This document shows positions 31,664 through 40,581 of a stretch of 49,190 bases of DNA, in pieces. A model generated the notes under the pieces. It did no database searches. It was not told where the DNA came from and was given only the letters and a program-made list of their open reading frames with translations. The position numbers and the translations under genes were made by a program. Each line of letters opens with the position of its first letter. The first letter of the stretch is position 1. Source of the stretch: a virus; the IMG/VR virus record IMGVR_UViG_3300045988_172164. One strand, given 5' to 3'.

Positions 31664-32107
31664 TTAGAGGTCTTTATACTCATGCTTTGCATCAAAGCTA
31701 GGACAAGCCTTTGCAGCAAATTCTCTGTGTCCATGTATGGTCGCATTTGGATATTTTGCTTTAAGTTCTTTGAGCAGTTTGAGCAAAGATTGCTTTTGAG
31801 CGTCAGTGCGCGTATCTTTTGGAGCTAGTTGCCCATTTGGTAAACGCTTATGAGCATCACATCCTCCAACGTAGCAAATACCAATAGAATTTGCATTCTG
31901 ACCCGAGCAATGAGCGCCAATTATACTTTCATCTCTGCCTTTATGAATAGAGCCATCGAGCTCAATTACATAATGGTAACCAATATCTTTCCAATGATTG
32001 CCATTAACATGCCAATCTCGAATAGTTTCGGTTTTGACGTCTTTTTCTTCAGGCGTTGCAGAGCAATGCACTATGAGTTTATTGATTTTTCTCATTGTCT
32101 TTGTCAT
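31664..32107 (-). CDS. N-acetylmuramoyl-L-alanine amidase (Amidase_2/PGRP-type endolysin)
   Basis: LIVHCSATPE, IGYHYVI, and GHREFAAKACPSF carrying the zinc-ligand and catalytic pattern of T7-lysozyme-like amidases. Confidence 0.85.
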   Translation of the reverse strand: MTKTMRKINKLIVHCSATPEEKDVKTETIRDWHVNGNHWKDIGYHYVIELDGSIHKGRDESIIGAHCSGQNANSIGICYVGGCDAHKRLPNGQLAPKDTRTDAQKQSLLKLLKELKAKYPNATIHGHREFAAKACPSFDAKHEYKDL

Positions 32108-32564
32108 TTAAGGCGATTATTTTTGTTATCTCATTAAGTATTTCGTGGCCTTGCTCTGCAGTGGCTGCTTGTACAATTTTCTTTACTATATCAGGCACAT
32201 CAGCTGCATGAGCCTTTTTGCGCTTACTGTTCTCCACAACAGATTTACCCTCAATGTAGATTACAGCTATAGTACACAGAATTGTAGCAAACGGTACTAT
32301 ATAGAATGATAACAAGCTTCCCAGTATATCAAACATAAGAGCGAAAAGCATTAGCCTTACATAGTCGCCTATTTTTGTAACAGTTCTACGAAAACCATGC
32401 GACATAAGTGCTTGGCCTAATGCTTTTGCTGTAGTTGTTCCACTCCAGAAGTCCACGATACTACTGACCGCCATGAAAAACCAGCAAACTAAGATTATTC
32501 CGACTCTAACTGCTATGAAAAACATGAGTGCGTCGATATTCTTGGCTTCAATGAGTTCTAGCAT
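32079..32564 (-). CDS. holin (phage_holin_4-like)
   Basis: 161 aa with several TM segments and a DFWSGTTTAKALGQALMSHGFRRTVTKI block. It lies directly upstream of the amidase. Confidence 0.65.
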   Translation of the reverse strand: MLELIEAKNIDALMFFIAVRVGIILVCWFFMAVSSIVDFWSGTTTAKALGQALMSHGFRRTVTKIGDYVRLMLFALMFDILGSLLSFYIVPFATILCTIAVIYIEGKSVVENSKRKKAHAADVPDIVKKIVQAATAEQGHEILNEITKIIALNDKDNEKNQ

Positions 32565-32565
32565 A

Positions 32566-33111
32566 TCAGATGAATTTTTCCCAGTTAATACTTATGGCTT
32601 TACCAATTGCATCAGCAGTCCATCTACAGAATATCATGCCTTCATAGCCATCAGGGTCATTTGCTACTTTATAAGCAGCTCTGAGGCATGATGCTTCATC
32701 CTTAAGAGGGTCAGGATAAAGGTCTGCATAGTACATATTAGCAAGATAAGTTACATCTCCATTTGTAACTTTGCTAGGAATGCTCAGGCCTAAACTTTCA
32801 ATAGACTTCTTGACCTGTGCGGCAGTCCATGAATGGCTTTGGCCATTTGCATTTTCCATCATCTTGCTCACATGCTCTGCAAGAGCGTCAGTAAAATGGT
32901 AGCCATGCTTTTTGACATACTCTGAATATCCTTTTGCGGACATAAGAGCATTGGCTGTTTGCTCATAAGGCAAATCAAATTTAACCTTATGTTCACCGTG
33001 CGGAGTAGCTATTCTGCTTTCTACTACCACATCCTCATCATCTTCGTGCTCCTTATCATGATGGTCGCACGAGTGATGCTTTATTATGATACATCTTAAT
33101 CTATATCCCAT
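32566..33111 (-). CDS. hypothetical protein with His/acidic-rich N-terminus
   Basis: 181-aa ORF with KHHSCDHHDKEHEDDED. Confidence 0.55.
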   Translation of the reverse strand: MGYRLRCIIIKHHSCDHHDKEHEDDEDVVVESRIATPHGEHKVKFDLPYEQTANALMSAKGYSEYVKKHGYHFTDALAEHVSKMMENANGQSHSWTAAQVKKSIESLGLSIPSKVTNGDVTYLANMYYADLYPDPLKDEASCLRAAYKVANDPDGYEGMIFCRWTADAIGKAISINWEKFI

Positions 33112-33112
33112 A

Positions 33113-33601
33113 TTAGCTCATTTTCTTTATGAAGTCAGACATCATTTTCTTCAGCTCATCTACTGAGCCTTTAACACCAGTTACGGTTTCCTCAATAGCA
33201 CTAAAGCGCTTTTCGGTTTCCTGTTTCTCCTTGTATACAGGATTGAGCTCTGCAAGCAGAGAAGATGACTTCTCAAGTACTTCTTTCTGATGGTCTACTG
33301 AGGCCAATATCTGTTCGGCAGTATTCTTCATAGCCTCAATTTCACTTGCCAAGCTCATCTTATCTGTAGACAAAATAAGATTACCTGCATAAGTGACTGA
33401 AAGATTTTCAGGAATTACATAAGTTGCGGTCTTCCCATTTGCCTCAATGGTAATATCAATTACCATTTCAGTTTTGCCAGTTTTCTGGTTCATTTCCATA
33501 CGAGGAAACGGCACCTGAGCTGCTTTGCCTTGCGTAAGGCTCAAATCCTGCTTGTTAAGAATGTATACAGGATAATTCTGCTTAATATCTTTGAATAACA
33601 T
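33113..33601 (-). CDS. hypothetical protein
   Basis: 162-aa ORF with a coiled-coil C-terminal half. Confidence 0.55.
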   Translation of the reverse strand: MLFKDIKQNYPVYILNKQDLSLTQGKAAQVPFPRMEMNQKTGKTEMVIDITIEANGKTATYVIPENLSVTYAGNLILSTDKMSLASEIEAMKNTAEQILASVDHQKEVLEKSSSLLAELNPVYKEKQETEKRFSAIEETVTGVKGSVDELKKMMSDFIKKMS

Positions 33602-33627
33602 AGCTTTATATTTTAGTTGATTAAATG

Positions 33628-33678
33628 CAAAAAGAGAGTGCCTAAGAAGGTTTCTAGAAAACCCCTCAGGTACTCTCT
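33628..33678 (-). terminator. terminator hairpin after 33685..34098
   Basis: On the minus strand, the AGAGAGT...ACTCTCT stem is followed by TTTTTG. Confidence 0.55.
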
Positions 33679-33684
33679 AATTAT

Positions 33685-34098
33685 TTACGCAGTAGTCGGG
33701 ATAGTTACAGTCAGAGAACTATTGATTGCATAGCAGTTGGATTTACCGCATACTATTTTAATCAAGCCCTGAGTCATTCCGAGCTGGTTGATAGTGACAG
33801 ATGCAGGAAGTGTCGTTATACCCTGGAATGCAACCATAAAGCGCTCATTGATTACCTGCGTCTCAGCCTGGCATTTGCAAGCATTAGGCGTAGTAATTGT
33901 GATGGTTGCTACTATAGGCACGAATACCGTTGTTCCATTAAGAACAGGTGTTTCATTCCTATAAGTAACAGTCGCAAATGGCTGATTGGTAGAAGTTGCG
34001 CAAACGCAACGGCACAGTTTCTCCTTGAATGTGGCCAAGAACGCGGCTTGATTTGCCACAGGAGCAGCGGCTAAGCCTACTGGCGATAATGTAACCAT
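33685..34098 (-). CDS. hypothetical Cys-containing beta-rich protein (GC-rich cassette)
   Basis: 137 aa with CRCVC, CKC and VCGKSNC. The local GC is clearly above that of its neighbours. Confidence 0.55.
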   Translation of the reverse strand: MVTLSPVGLAAAPVANQAAFLATFKEKLCRCVCATSTNQPFATVTYRNETPVLNGTTVFVPIVATITITTPNACKCQAETQVINERFMVAFQGITTLPASVTINQLGMTQGLIKIVCGKSNCYAINSSLTVTIPTTA

Positions 34099-34124
34099 AA
34101 TCTTTACAGTTTAATGGTTAAACA

Positions 34125-35000
34125 TTACTGGCCACAGCCGCATCCACAGTTATTCCAGTTATTACCGCATCCGCAATTGCCTCCGAGACGATTCAGCAGC
34201 AGATTGTTCTGGCGCTCCTGGGACAACTGGAACTTGAGGTCCTGAATTTGCAGAGACTTCTCATCGCTCCAGTGATTGTTAAGAGTGTCAATGATACGCT
34301 GGGTATTGGCATTTGCGTTGTTGATAATATCACAGGTCTGGCGCTGAGTCTCATAAGACGTTGCGGCAAAGCCCTGGGTGATTGCAGAGCCAAGGTCGCG
34401 CTGGCCATTGCGGAGTTCGCCAGTGTCTTTGCAATTCTGAAGCTGAATATCAGCACGGAAGTCTGCAATCTGGCGCTGAGTCTGGCAGCAGCAGTTCTGG
34501 AGAGCCTGGATGACGTTGCAGTCACCGAGGTTAACTGCATTGATAACACGCTCAGCAGAGAAGCCAACCTGGCCAGCAACCTGCTGGATAGCAGCCTGAA
34601 CATCGCAGCAGCACTTCTGAATAGTGTTGAAGTCGATATTGAGGGTCTGTGCAAGCTGGCTGATAGCAAATGCATTACCCTGAACGGCAGACTTAATACA
34701 GTCAGCATTCGAGGTGTCCTGCAACTGAGTGCGGATAGCATTGAGCTGAGCCTGAGTTTCGATACCCTGAGTGGCGGTACCAGCGCCATCTCCATTGCCC
34801 CATCCGAAACCTCCGTTGCGGAATAACGCGAGGAACATGATGTACGCAAAAGGATTGTTCATCCAATTGTTGTTATTCATCACGGCGGCCATCGGGCCCC
34901 AATCGTCTCTGCGGTTATTACCTGCCAGAATGGCTGCTGCTAGAGCATTGTCATTGTCGCCTCTGTCGCAACAATAAATTTTTTCTACTGTTTCTCCCAT
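34125..35000 (-). CDS. hypothetical Cys/Gln/Asn-rich protein with CCC motifs
   Basis: 291 aa with YCCDRGD, KCCCDVQAAIQQ, NCCCQTQRQIADF and a C-terminal NCGCGNNWNNCGCGCGQ. The long opposite-strand and alternate-frame ORFs here are shadows. Confidence 0.6.
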   Translation of the reverse strand: MGETVEKIYCCDRGDNDNALAAAILAGNNRRDDWGPMAAVMNNNNWMNNPFAYIMFLALFRNGGFGWGNGDGAGTATQGIETQAQLNAIRTQLQDTSNADCIKSAVQGNAFAISQLAQTLNIDFNTIQKCCCDVQAAIQQVAGQVGFSAERVINAVNLGDCNVIQALQNCCCQTQRQIADFRADIQLQNCKDTGELRNGQRDLGSAITQGFAATSYETQRQTCDIINNANANTQRIIDTLNNHWSDEKSLQIQDLKFQLSQERQNNLLLNRLGGNCGCGNNWNNCGCGCGQ

Positions 35001-35079
35001 AATTTGAAGAATTTAGAAAGTTAATAAAAAATGTTAATTATAATATATTGAATACCTCTCTAGAAAAGGTATAAAGTAT

Positions 35080-36726
35080 TTAGCTTATTAAAAGTAGCTC
35101 ATTTGTAAAAATTTCTCCCATTTTTTCTTGACCAAATGTACTTGGGTGGCCATTAGTTCCATTATCTGAACAAATTGCCTGAAGCGATTTTGGAGAAGTA
35201 TTCATTTTATTCCATAGATTTATTACTGGAATATTCCACGTATTGTGCAAAATATTAAAGCAATGTTCCACGCCATTATAATTATAAGCGCTATCTATAA
35301 CTAAGACCATTCTTTGATTTACGCCCAACTTGTACATTTTATCCATTAAATACAGCATAGCTCCCAGAAACGAGGTTCTATGTTGTTCAAAAGAGCTACC
35401 GTCAGAATATCTCCAGTTTTTTAAATCAAAAGCATTCCAATCGTCAGCTGTAAAATTTGTATTATTCGGTCCTGTGGCAAATACCCACAGAGATGTATCT
35501 GCATTTTCTTCTGTAAAAATATTTTCCCATGTTCTATAATAATTATTATAATTATTACTGCCAGGAACCCAATTTTTTCCATCTATAGGCTCAGGATTTT
35601 TTGAAATTTCTATTTTAGTTTTTCCTATATTCTTAGCATTTACATATTCTGCTTTTGATAAACACGTTGAGCCATATGTTAAAGGAATCAAGGTATCACC
35701 AGATTTAACAGCATGTATCGCTTGTCCAGGTACTACAGCCGGTATTATTTCAAAACCAAGGTTTTCAGATGCAATCTTTGCATATGCTTTTTCTGCTGTA
35801 CTTCCATAAGCAGTGGATGTTCCAATAATACATATCTTTTTTCCTTTCCACTGATTATTAGTGTTTATTTTTTTCAATAAAGAATTTATGCCGACATCTA
35901 ATTGGTTTGCACTCACAGAACCAGAAATCAGCTTTGTTCCAGGAATAGAATTATCTGACACGTCTTCACTGCCAATGCTGCTAAAACACAAATGGCTTGT
36001 TGGGTAAAATCCTCTATGACCATATTCATCATTTGTCATTGCTATATTAATAACGGCAAAATCAAAATCTACATCAGGAGTAATAAGATTATCTCTACCA
36101 TACATATTAGTATCATCTGCGTATACACATTTTGCTGATGGGCTTACGTCGCCTTTATAGTATCTAATATAACTTCCATATAAATATGGTTTCCAATCAG
36201 GACATTTATATTTTGTGTTCCGCAATGGTTTTAAAATAAGCCCTTTATATGTTGACGAAGCGTCATTAATAAACAATTCATGGTTTGGTGAATCTAAAGA
36301 AATAAAAGGTATTTCTCTAACAGTTGCAAATTTTTGCCTTACGCCTTTATATATTTCACTAGTAATTACTTTTTGACTAATAGTTTTATTATCAGAATTA
36401 CCTAATTCTTGTGAATACTCAACAATTATATAATTTGTCCATGCTCCTTCTGTGTCGTTGCATAACAAAGCAAGAGCTGTATTTTTTAATTCGAACCCAT
36501 CAAAATTGCTATATATTCCAGGCTGTGTAGCTAAATAGAATACTGGCCCGTCGGGATTACCTGGGCTAGTTGCCGGTGTGGCAATACCGACAAATGTAGC
36601 ATTTTCTCCAACAGTATTTACAACGCTGTTGAGAGTATTTTGTAATACGGCGCCAGTAATTTCCTGATTGCCATTTGTTTTTATAATACCGGCTATTGCT
36701 GCTTTTAACGTAGTCCAATTTGCCAT
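35080..36726 (-). CDS. tail fiber/spike protein with SGNH(GDSL)-like esterase domain (putative)
   Basis: 548 aa with KICIIGTSTAYGS (block I-like), VFATGPNNTN (block III-like) and NGTNGHPSTFGQ (block V-like). It lies in the distal tail module. Confidence 0.45.
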   Translation of the reverse strand: MANWTTLKAAIAGIIKTNGNQEITGAVLQNTLNSVVNTVGENATFVGIATPATSPGNPDGPVFYLATQPGIYSNFDGFELKNTALALLCNDTEGAWTNYIIVEYSQELGNSDNKTISQKVITSEIYKGVRQKFATVREIPFISLDSPNHELFINDASSTYKGLILKPLRNTKYKCPDWKPYLYGSYIRYYKGDVSPSAKCVYADDTNMYGRDNLITPDVDFDFAVINIAMTNDEYGHRGFYPTSHLCFSSIGSEDVSDNSIPGTKLISGSVSANQLDVGINSLLKKINTNNQWKGKKICIIGTSTAYGSTAEKAYAKIASENLGFEIIPAVVPGQAIHAVKSGDTLIPLTYGSTCLSKAEYVNAKNIGKTKIEISKNPEPIDGKNWVPGSNNYNNYYRTWENIFTEENADTSLWVFATGPNNTNFTADDWNAFDLKNWRYSDGSSFEQHRTSFLGAMLYLMDKMYKLGVNQRMVLVIDSAYNYNGVEHCFNILHNTWNIPVINLWNKMNTSPKSLQAICSDNGTNGHPSTFGQEKMGEIFTNELLLIS

Positions 36727-36728
36727 AA

Positions 36729-37142
36729 TTAATTAGTTTTAGCGTCTAAAAGGAGGTAAGATTCTTCTCTTTTGTTGAGCATAAGTTGCATAGAATATTC
36801 GGGTGAATCAAACGCGCACCCTATATAATCATCTTGTATATTAACCTCTTGAATATGATAAATAGACCTGGCCCCATTTTCATTTTTAATGCGCACACAA
36901 CCGCTAAAAAATTTTTCTTCATTTGCAGCGTCTATGATAGTATCTATTTCGTTTTGGCTATTTAAGACTTTATATATCATAGTGTCAGAGTCTTCTTTTC
37001 CGCTGGGGGTAGAAGATATATCAATGACATAAGGTATATACCCTTGTAAGCCTATAGCTAACCGGGCCAAAGCTGTTGAGCTAGCACTACCTTGTTCAGA
37101 TATGGAACGCTGCATAAATTTATTTAATTCACTTCTGTTCAT
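36729..37142 (-). CDS. hypothetical tail-module protein
   Basis: 137-aa ORF, tightly packed with its neighbours. Confidence 0.5.
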   Translation of the reverse strand: MNRSELNKFMQRSISEQGSASSTALARLAIGLQGYIPYVIDISSTPSGKEDSDTMIYKVLNSQNEIDTIIDAANEEKFFSGCVRIKNENGARSIYHIQEVNIQDDYIGCAFDSPEYSMQLMLNKREESYLLLDAKTN

Positions 37143-37145
37143 TTT

Positions 37146-38000
37146 TTATTCTATGTTAAAATCGTTATTAAAATCGCTATTAAAATCTCCACCAGCAAGT
37201 TCCGGAGTATAACCTCCTATATTAGCTATAACTGTGTCTGTTTCAAATTCACACTCAACTGATGCTAAGTCGCCTTGGTCTTCCCAATCTGGCTCCATAT
37301 TAAATGTGGTCAAATCATAGGTTTGTAGCTTGCTTGTAATTTGTTTACTTTCGCAAAGTCTTACAATTCTAAGAGCATCACACAGATATTCTGGGGCTAT
37401 AAAGGTGAATTTATATATCTTCTTGCTTACTTGGCTTTCAATGAATGTATAACCCATTCTATCAGTTGCTTCTTCTTCAAAGTCATATTCAGGTTTACCT
37501 ACTTGTGTATTAAGATAACACCTAAATTTGAAATTATCAGAAAAATCTACTATGCCATTTTTAAGCTCAAAATTATACGAGTTGTAGTATTCAATAAGAA
37601 GATAATCATCTACTTTGTTACAGACTGTGAATACATCTGAGTATATAGTTCCAAGGTCAGGTATGTGTATCGCTAAATAGTATCGACCTTCGTGCTTTAT
37701 TCCAATTACTGGAAGAGTTCCAGGATATTTAAGAAGCTTGAAGCCAGTATATGGCTTAATAACTAAGCCATTTTCTTTCATATTAGTAGTAATATCCGTG
37801 TATTTACCAGTATTAAAGTCATATAATCTGACCCAACTTACTGATGTTCCACTTGCAAGAACTACTTGAAATGGCAATAACATATTCTTATAGGTTATAA
37901 GCTGATAAACCTGATCATACGCATAGTCTTTACGATGATTTTGCAATGCAATATTATCGTAAAACGGCAATGGTGATATGTTATTATTTACTAACTTCAT
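37146..38000 (-). CDS. hypothetical tail/baseplate protein
   Basis: 284-aa ORF downstream of the large tail protein. Confidence 0.5.
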   Translation of the reverse strand: MKLVNNNISPLPFYDNIALQNHRKDYAYDQVYQLITYKNMLLPFQVVLASGTSVSWVRLYDFNTGKYTDITTNMKENGLVIKPYTGFKLLKYPGTLPVIGIKHEGRYYLAIHIPDLGTIYSDVFTVCNKVDDYLLIEYYNSYNFELKNGIVDFSDNFKFRCYLNTQVGKPEYDFEEEATDRMGYTFIESQVSKKIYKFTFIAPEYLCDALRIVRLCESKQITSKLQTYDLTTFNMEPDWEDQGDLASVECEFETDTVIANIGGYTPELAGGDFNSDFNNDFNIE

Positions 38001-38063
38001 ACTGTGAATATACTAAAAATTTCTATAATAAGAAAAATTCTTAACAAAATTTAACTCATATTT

Positions 38064-40574
38064 TTATTGAGGCGAATATGCTAATTTTACTTTTGCTGTA
38101 CGCGTATTCATGTTTACAGAATATTCGTCTATCTTACCATTTCCTATATTAGTTTTAATAAGTTCCAACTCGTCTAAATCCTCTTCAATAGGAAATTCTA
38201 CAGTATGTTTTATGCACATTTTTATAGCATTTACATGTAATTTCCGTGTTACGTTGCATTCTATACTACGGGCTGGCATATCGTACATGTAGAACCTCGC
38301 TAAATAAGCCCAAGCAGCATACCAATTTTGTGCTATAGCATCATAACTATCTCCATTTTCATCTATAAGCTGAGTTTCTATAATCGGTAATTCGTAAGAT
38401 GAGCCGTTTTTTATAGGGCATAGTAGCGTGAAACCATCATCGGAAAAGTTAGCTGGATTAAACAGCATGTAGTCTACATCAGATGAAAACTGACTTATAT
38501 GTATTTCCTCATTTTTATCCTTCTGTATGTAATTAGACTTCACGTCCACAGTTAAGTTACCAAACAAATCAGTTACATCATCCATCCAGCCGAATTCGTA
38601 CCGCTGATTAAGGTCAGATTTATCATATTCTATTTCAGATTGAAAATAAGTCAATAGTTTTTTATTGAATTGGTCTATAAGCTTAGTAAAATCAAGTTGA
38701 ACATTACTGTTACTAGAATACGAGCCTCCTCTTATAAAAAAGCTTATATGCTCAACTTTGAATTTACCATTTTCTATATACCAGTAGCATCTAAAGCAAT
38801 CACGGAGCATTTCCATAAGGTCTTTAAATGATATTTCTGCTTTTTGTGCTGCTTGGTCATATTCACCTTTAAGTATATTTGTTTTCTGCGTAATAAATAC
38901 ATAAAATCTATCCATGCTAATAGGCACAGTAGTATCATACAAAAAACGACTATACTCAGCAGTAGCTTCGTGTTTAAGAGTCGGGTCAATCTTATTAAGT
39001 AAAGCCTTTATAACAGCTGCTATAGAATAGCTGTCTCTAAGTGTATATTGCTTTCTTAATTTCTTTTCAAGCTGCTCGTGGGCAATACTATATACATACC
39101 AAAGTGAGGCATTTGCCCATGAATTTCTACTAATAGGCAGTGGCCTACCAAGACCCGTGCTAGTAGGAATAAACCGGTTAGTAAAATACTGACCATAATC
39201 GTTTAAGCCATATCTTGTTGGTTCGTCTACTGCTCTAGAAGTGCAGAAAAATAATCCGCCTTTTAAGCCAATACATCTTTTATAATTTCTATTGTCGGTT
39301 ACAAAATCATTAGATGGTAAAACATATGTATTTTTTGTTCCTTCAGAGTCTGTAATCGTATCTACATCACACAATAAACGCTGATATATATGATATACAA
39401 ATGGACTTTCTATGGTGAATTTATCTGCAGAATTGTTTACATTTATCATGACAATATCTTCACGACCTATGTATTTATTATTCGCATCAGATGTTGCCCA
39501 CTGTTTTTCGGACTGGTATAGCAGCACATTATCAGAATTTCTATATATGCGTATCCAATACATAGGCGGTATATAACTACCATCTACTTGCTCCATTTTG
39601 CACGTATACCCGTTCCAACAACTCCAGTGTCCATTTGTGCCAGCATATACCCCATTAACATCAGAAATGCCGGCTTCTTTTACATAAAATTCATTTCCCG
39701 CTTTTATATAAGAAAAATAGTATTTATTTATTAGAGCATCATGGTTATCAATAGCTTCATTCACGTCATCTTCCCAGTATATACCACCGAAGAAATTAGA
39801 TATAGAATTAGCTCCACGAACATATACCTGCATAAGTGAACGTTTATGTAGATTTATACGCGTAATAGCCGGGGTGAGTTTTATAAGGTCATAAGTATTT
39901 TCATACTTATTCATAACCTCACCATAATCATCTATAGCAGTAGTTTTTAGCTCACATTTCTTTTTATCATAATCAAGTTTACAATCTATTTTGTTAAACT
40001 CGCCTTTATAATACTCAATCCATTTTCCAGAAATTCTATTATACTTGTCAATAATAAATATGAGCTGGTCTTCTAGGCTTGAATTAGCCACAAGCTCATA
40101 ATCTTGGCCAAATAAGTTTATTTTACCATCAAGTGATATTCTGAAAAATTCTTGGCCACTTTCCTTTGCATATTTCTTGCTAAGTTCCTTATAGTGAGGA
40201 TTTACAGTAGAAAGAATATATACAAAGTTAGTATTCTTTTTTGCCACAAAATTTGCGTCATTTGTAGAAAATCTTAATGCAAAGTATACAGCATTACTTG
40301 GAACTTGAATAACCGTATTATTCAGTCTAGAAATTAAACTCATAGACCTAATAAGTGTGTGTGTTTCATCATAGAAGAAAATAGCATTACTGTTATCTAA
40401 AGAAATAAGATTTATAAATATGTACTTCTTATCATGCAGGTTATTTAGAGTACTAGCGTATTGGGTTGAATTACCGACTATTATATTACCAGTAAAGGAG
40501 TCAATAGTTTGATAACTATTGAAAAATATATTAGCGGTGGAACCAACATAGAAATTATATTTAGGAGGTATCAT
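38064..40574 (-). CDS. large distal tail protein
   Basis: 836 aa, immediately after the tape measure gene. The call rests on position only. Confidence 0.5.
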   Translation of the reverse strand: MIPPKYNFYVGSTANIFFNSYQTIDSFTGNIIVGNSTQYASTLNNLHDKKYIFINLISLDNSNAIFFYDETHTLIRSMSLISRLNNTVIQVPSNAVYFALRFSTNDANFVAKKNTNFVYILSTVNPHYKELSKKYAKESGQEFFRISLDGKINLFGQDYELVANSSLEDQLIFIIDKYNRISGKWIEYYKGEFNKIDCKLDYDKKKCELKTTAIDDYGEVMNKYENTYDLIKLTPAITRINLHKRSLMQVYVRGANSISNFFGGIYWEDDVNEAIDNHDALINKYYFSYIKAGNEFYVKEAGISDVNGVYAGTNGHWSCWNGYTCKMEQVDGSYIPPMYWIRIYRNSDNVLLYQSEKQWATSDANNKYIGREDIVMINVNNSADKFTIESPFVYHIYQRLLCDVDTITDSEGTKNTYVLPSNDFVTDNRNYKRCIGLKGGLFFCTSRAVDEPTRYGLNDYGQYFTNRFIPTSTGLGRPLPISRNSWANASLWYVYSIAHEQLEKKLRKQYTLRDSYSIAAVIKALLNKIDPTLKHEATAEYSRFLYDTTVPISMDRFYVFITQKTNILKGEYDQAAQKAEISFKDLMEMLRDCFRCYWYIENGKFKVEHISFFIRGGSYSSNSNVQLDFTKLIDQFNKKLLTYFQSEIEYDKSDLNQRYEFGWMDDVTDLFGNLTVDVKSNYIQKDKNEEIHISQFSSDVDYMLFNPANFSDDGFTLLCPIKNGSSYELPIIETQLIDENGDSYDAIAQNWYAAWAYLARFYMYDMPARSIECNVTRKLHVNAIKMCIKHTVEFPIEEDLDELELIKTNIGNGKIDEYSVNMNTRTAKVKLAYSPQ

Positions 40575-40581
40575 AAGCTTT

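Noticed and set aside
34193-34849. Long alternative-frame and opposite-strand ORFs (34193..34849 -, 34248..34826 +, 34771..34977 +) overlapping the Cys-rich gene
   Set aside because: These are shadow ORFs caused by the local GC-rich, stop-poor composition. Their products are Ser/Leu/Arg/Ala low-complexity sequences. The 291-aa frame has the coherent start and stop and fits the operon.
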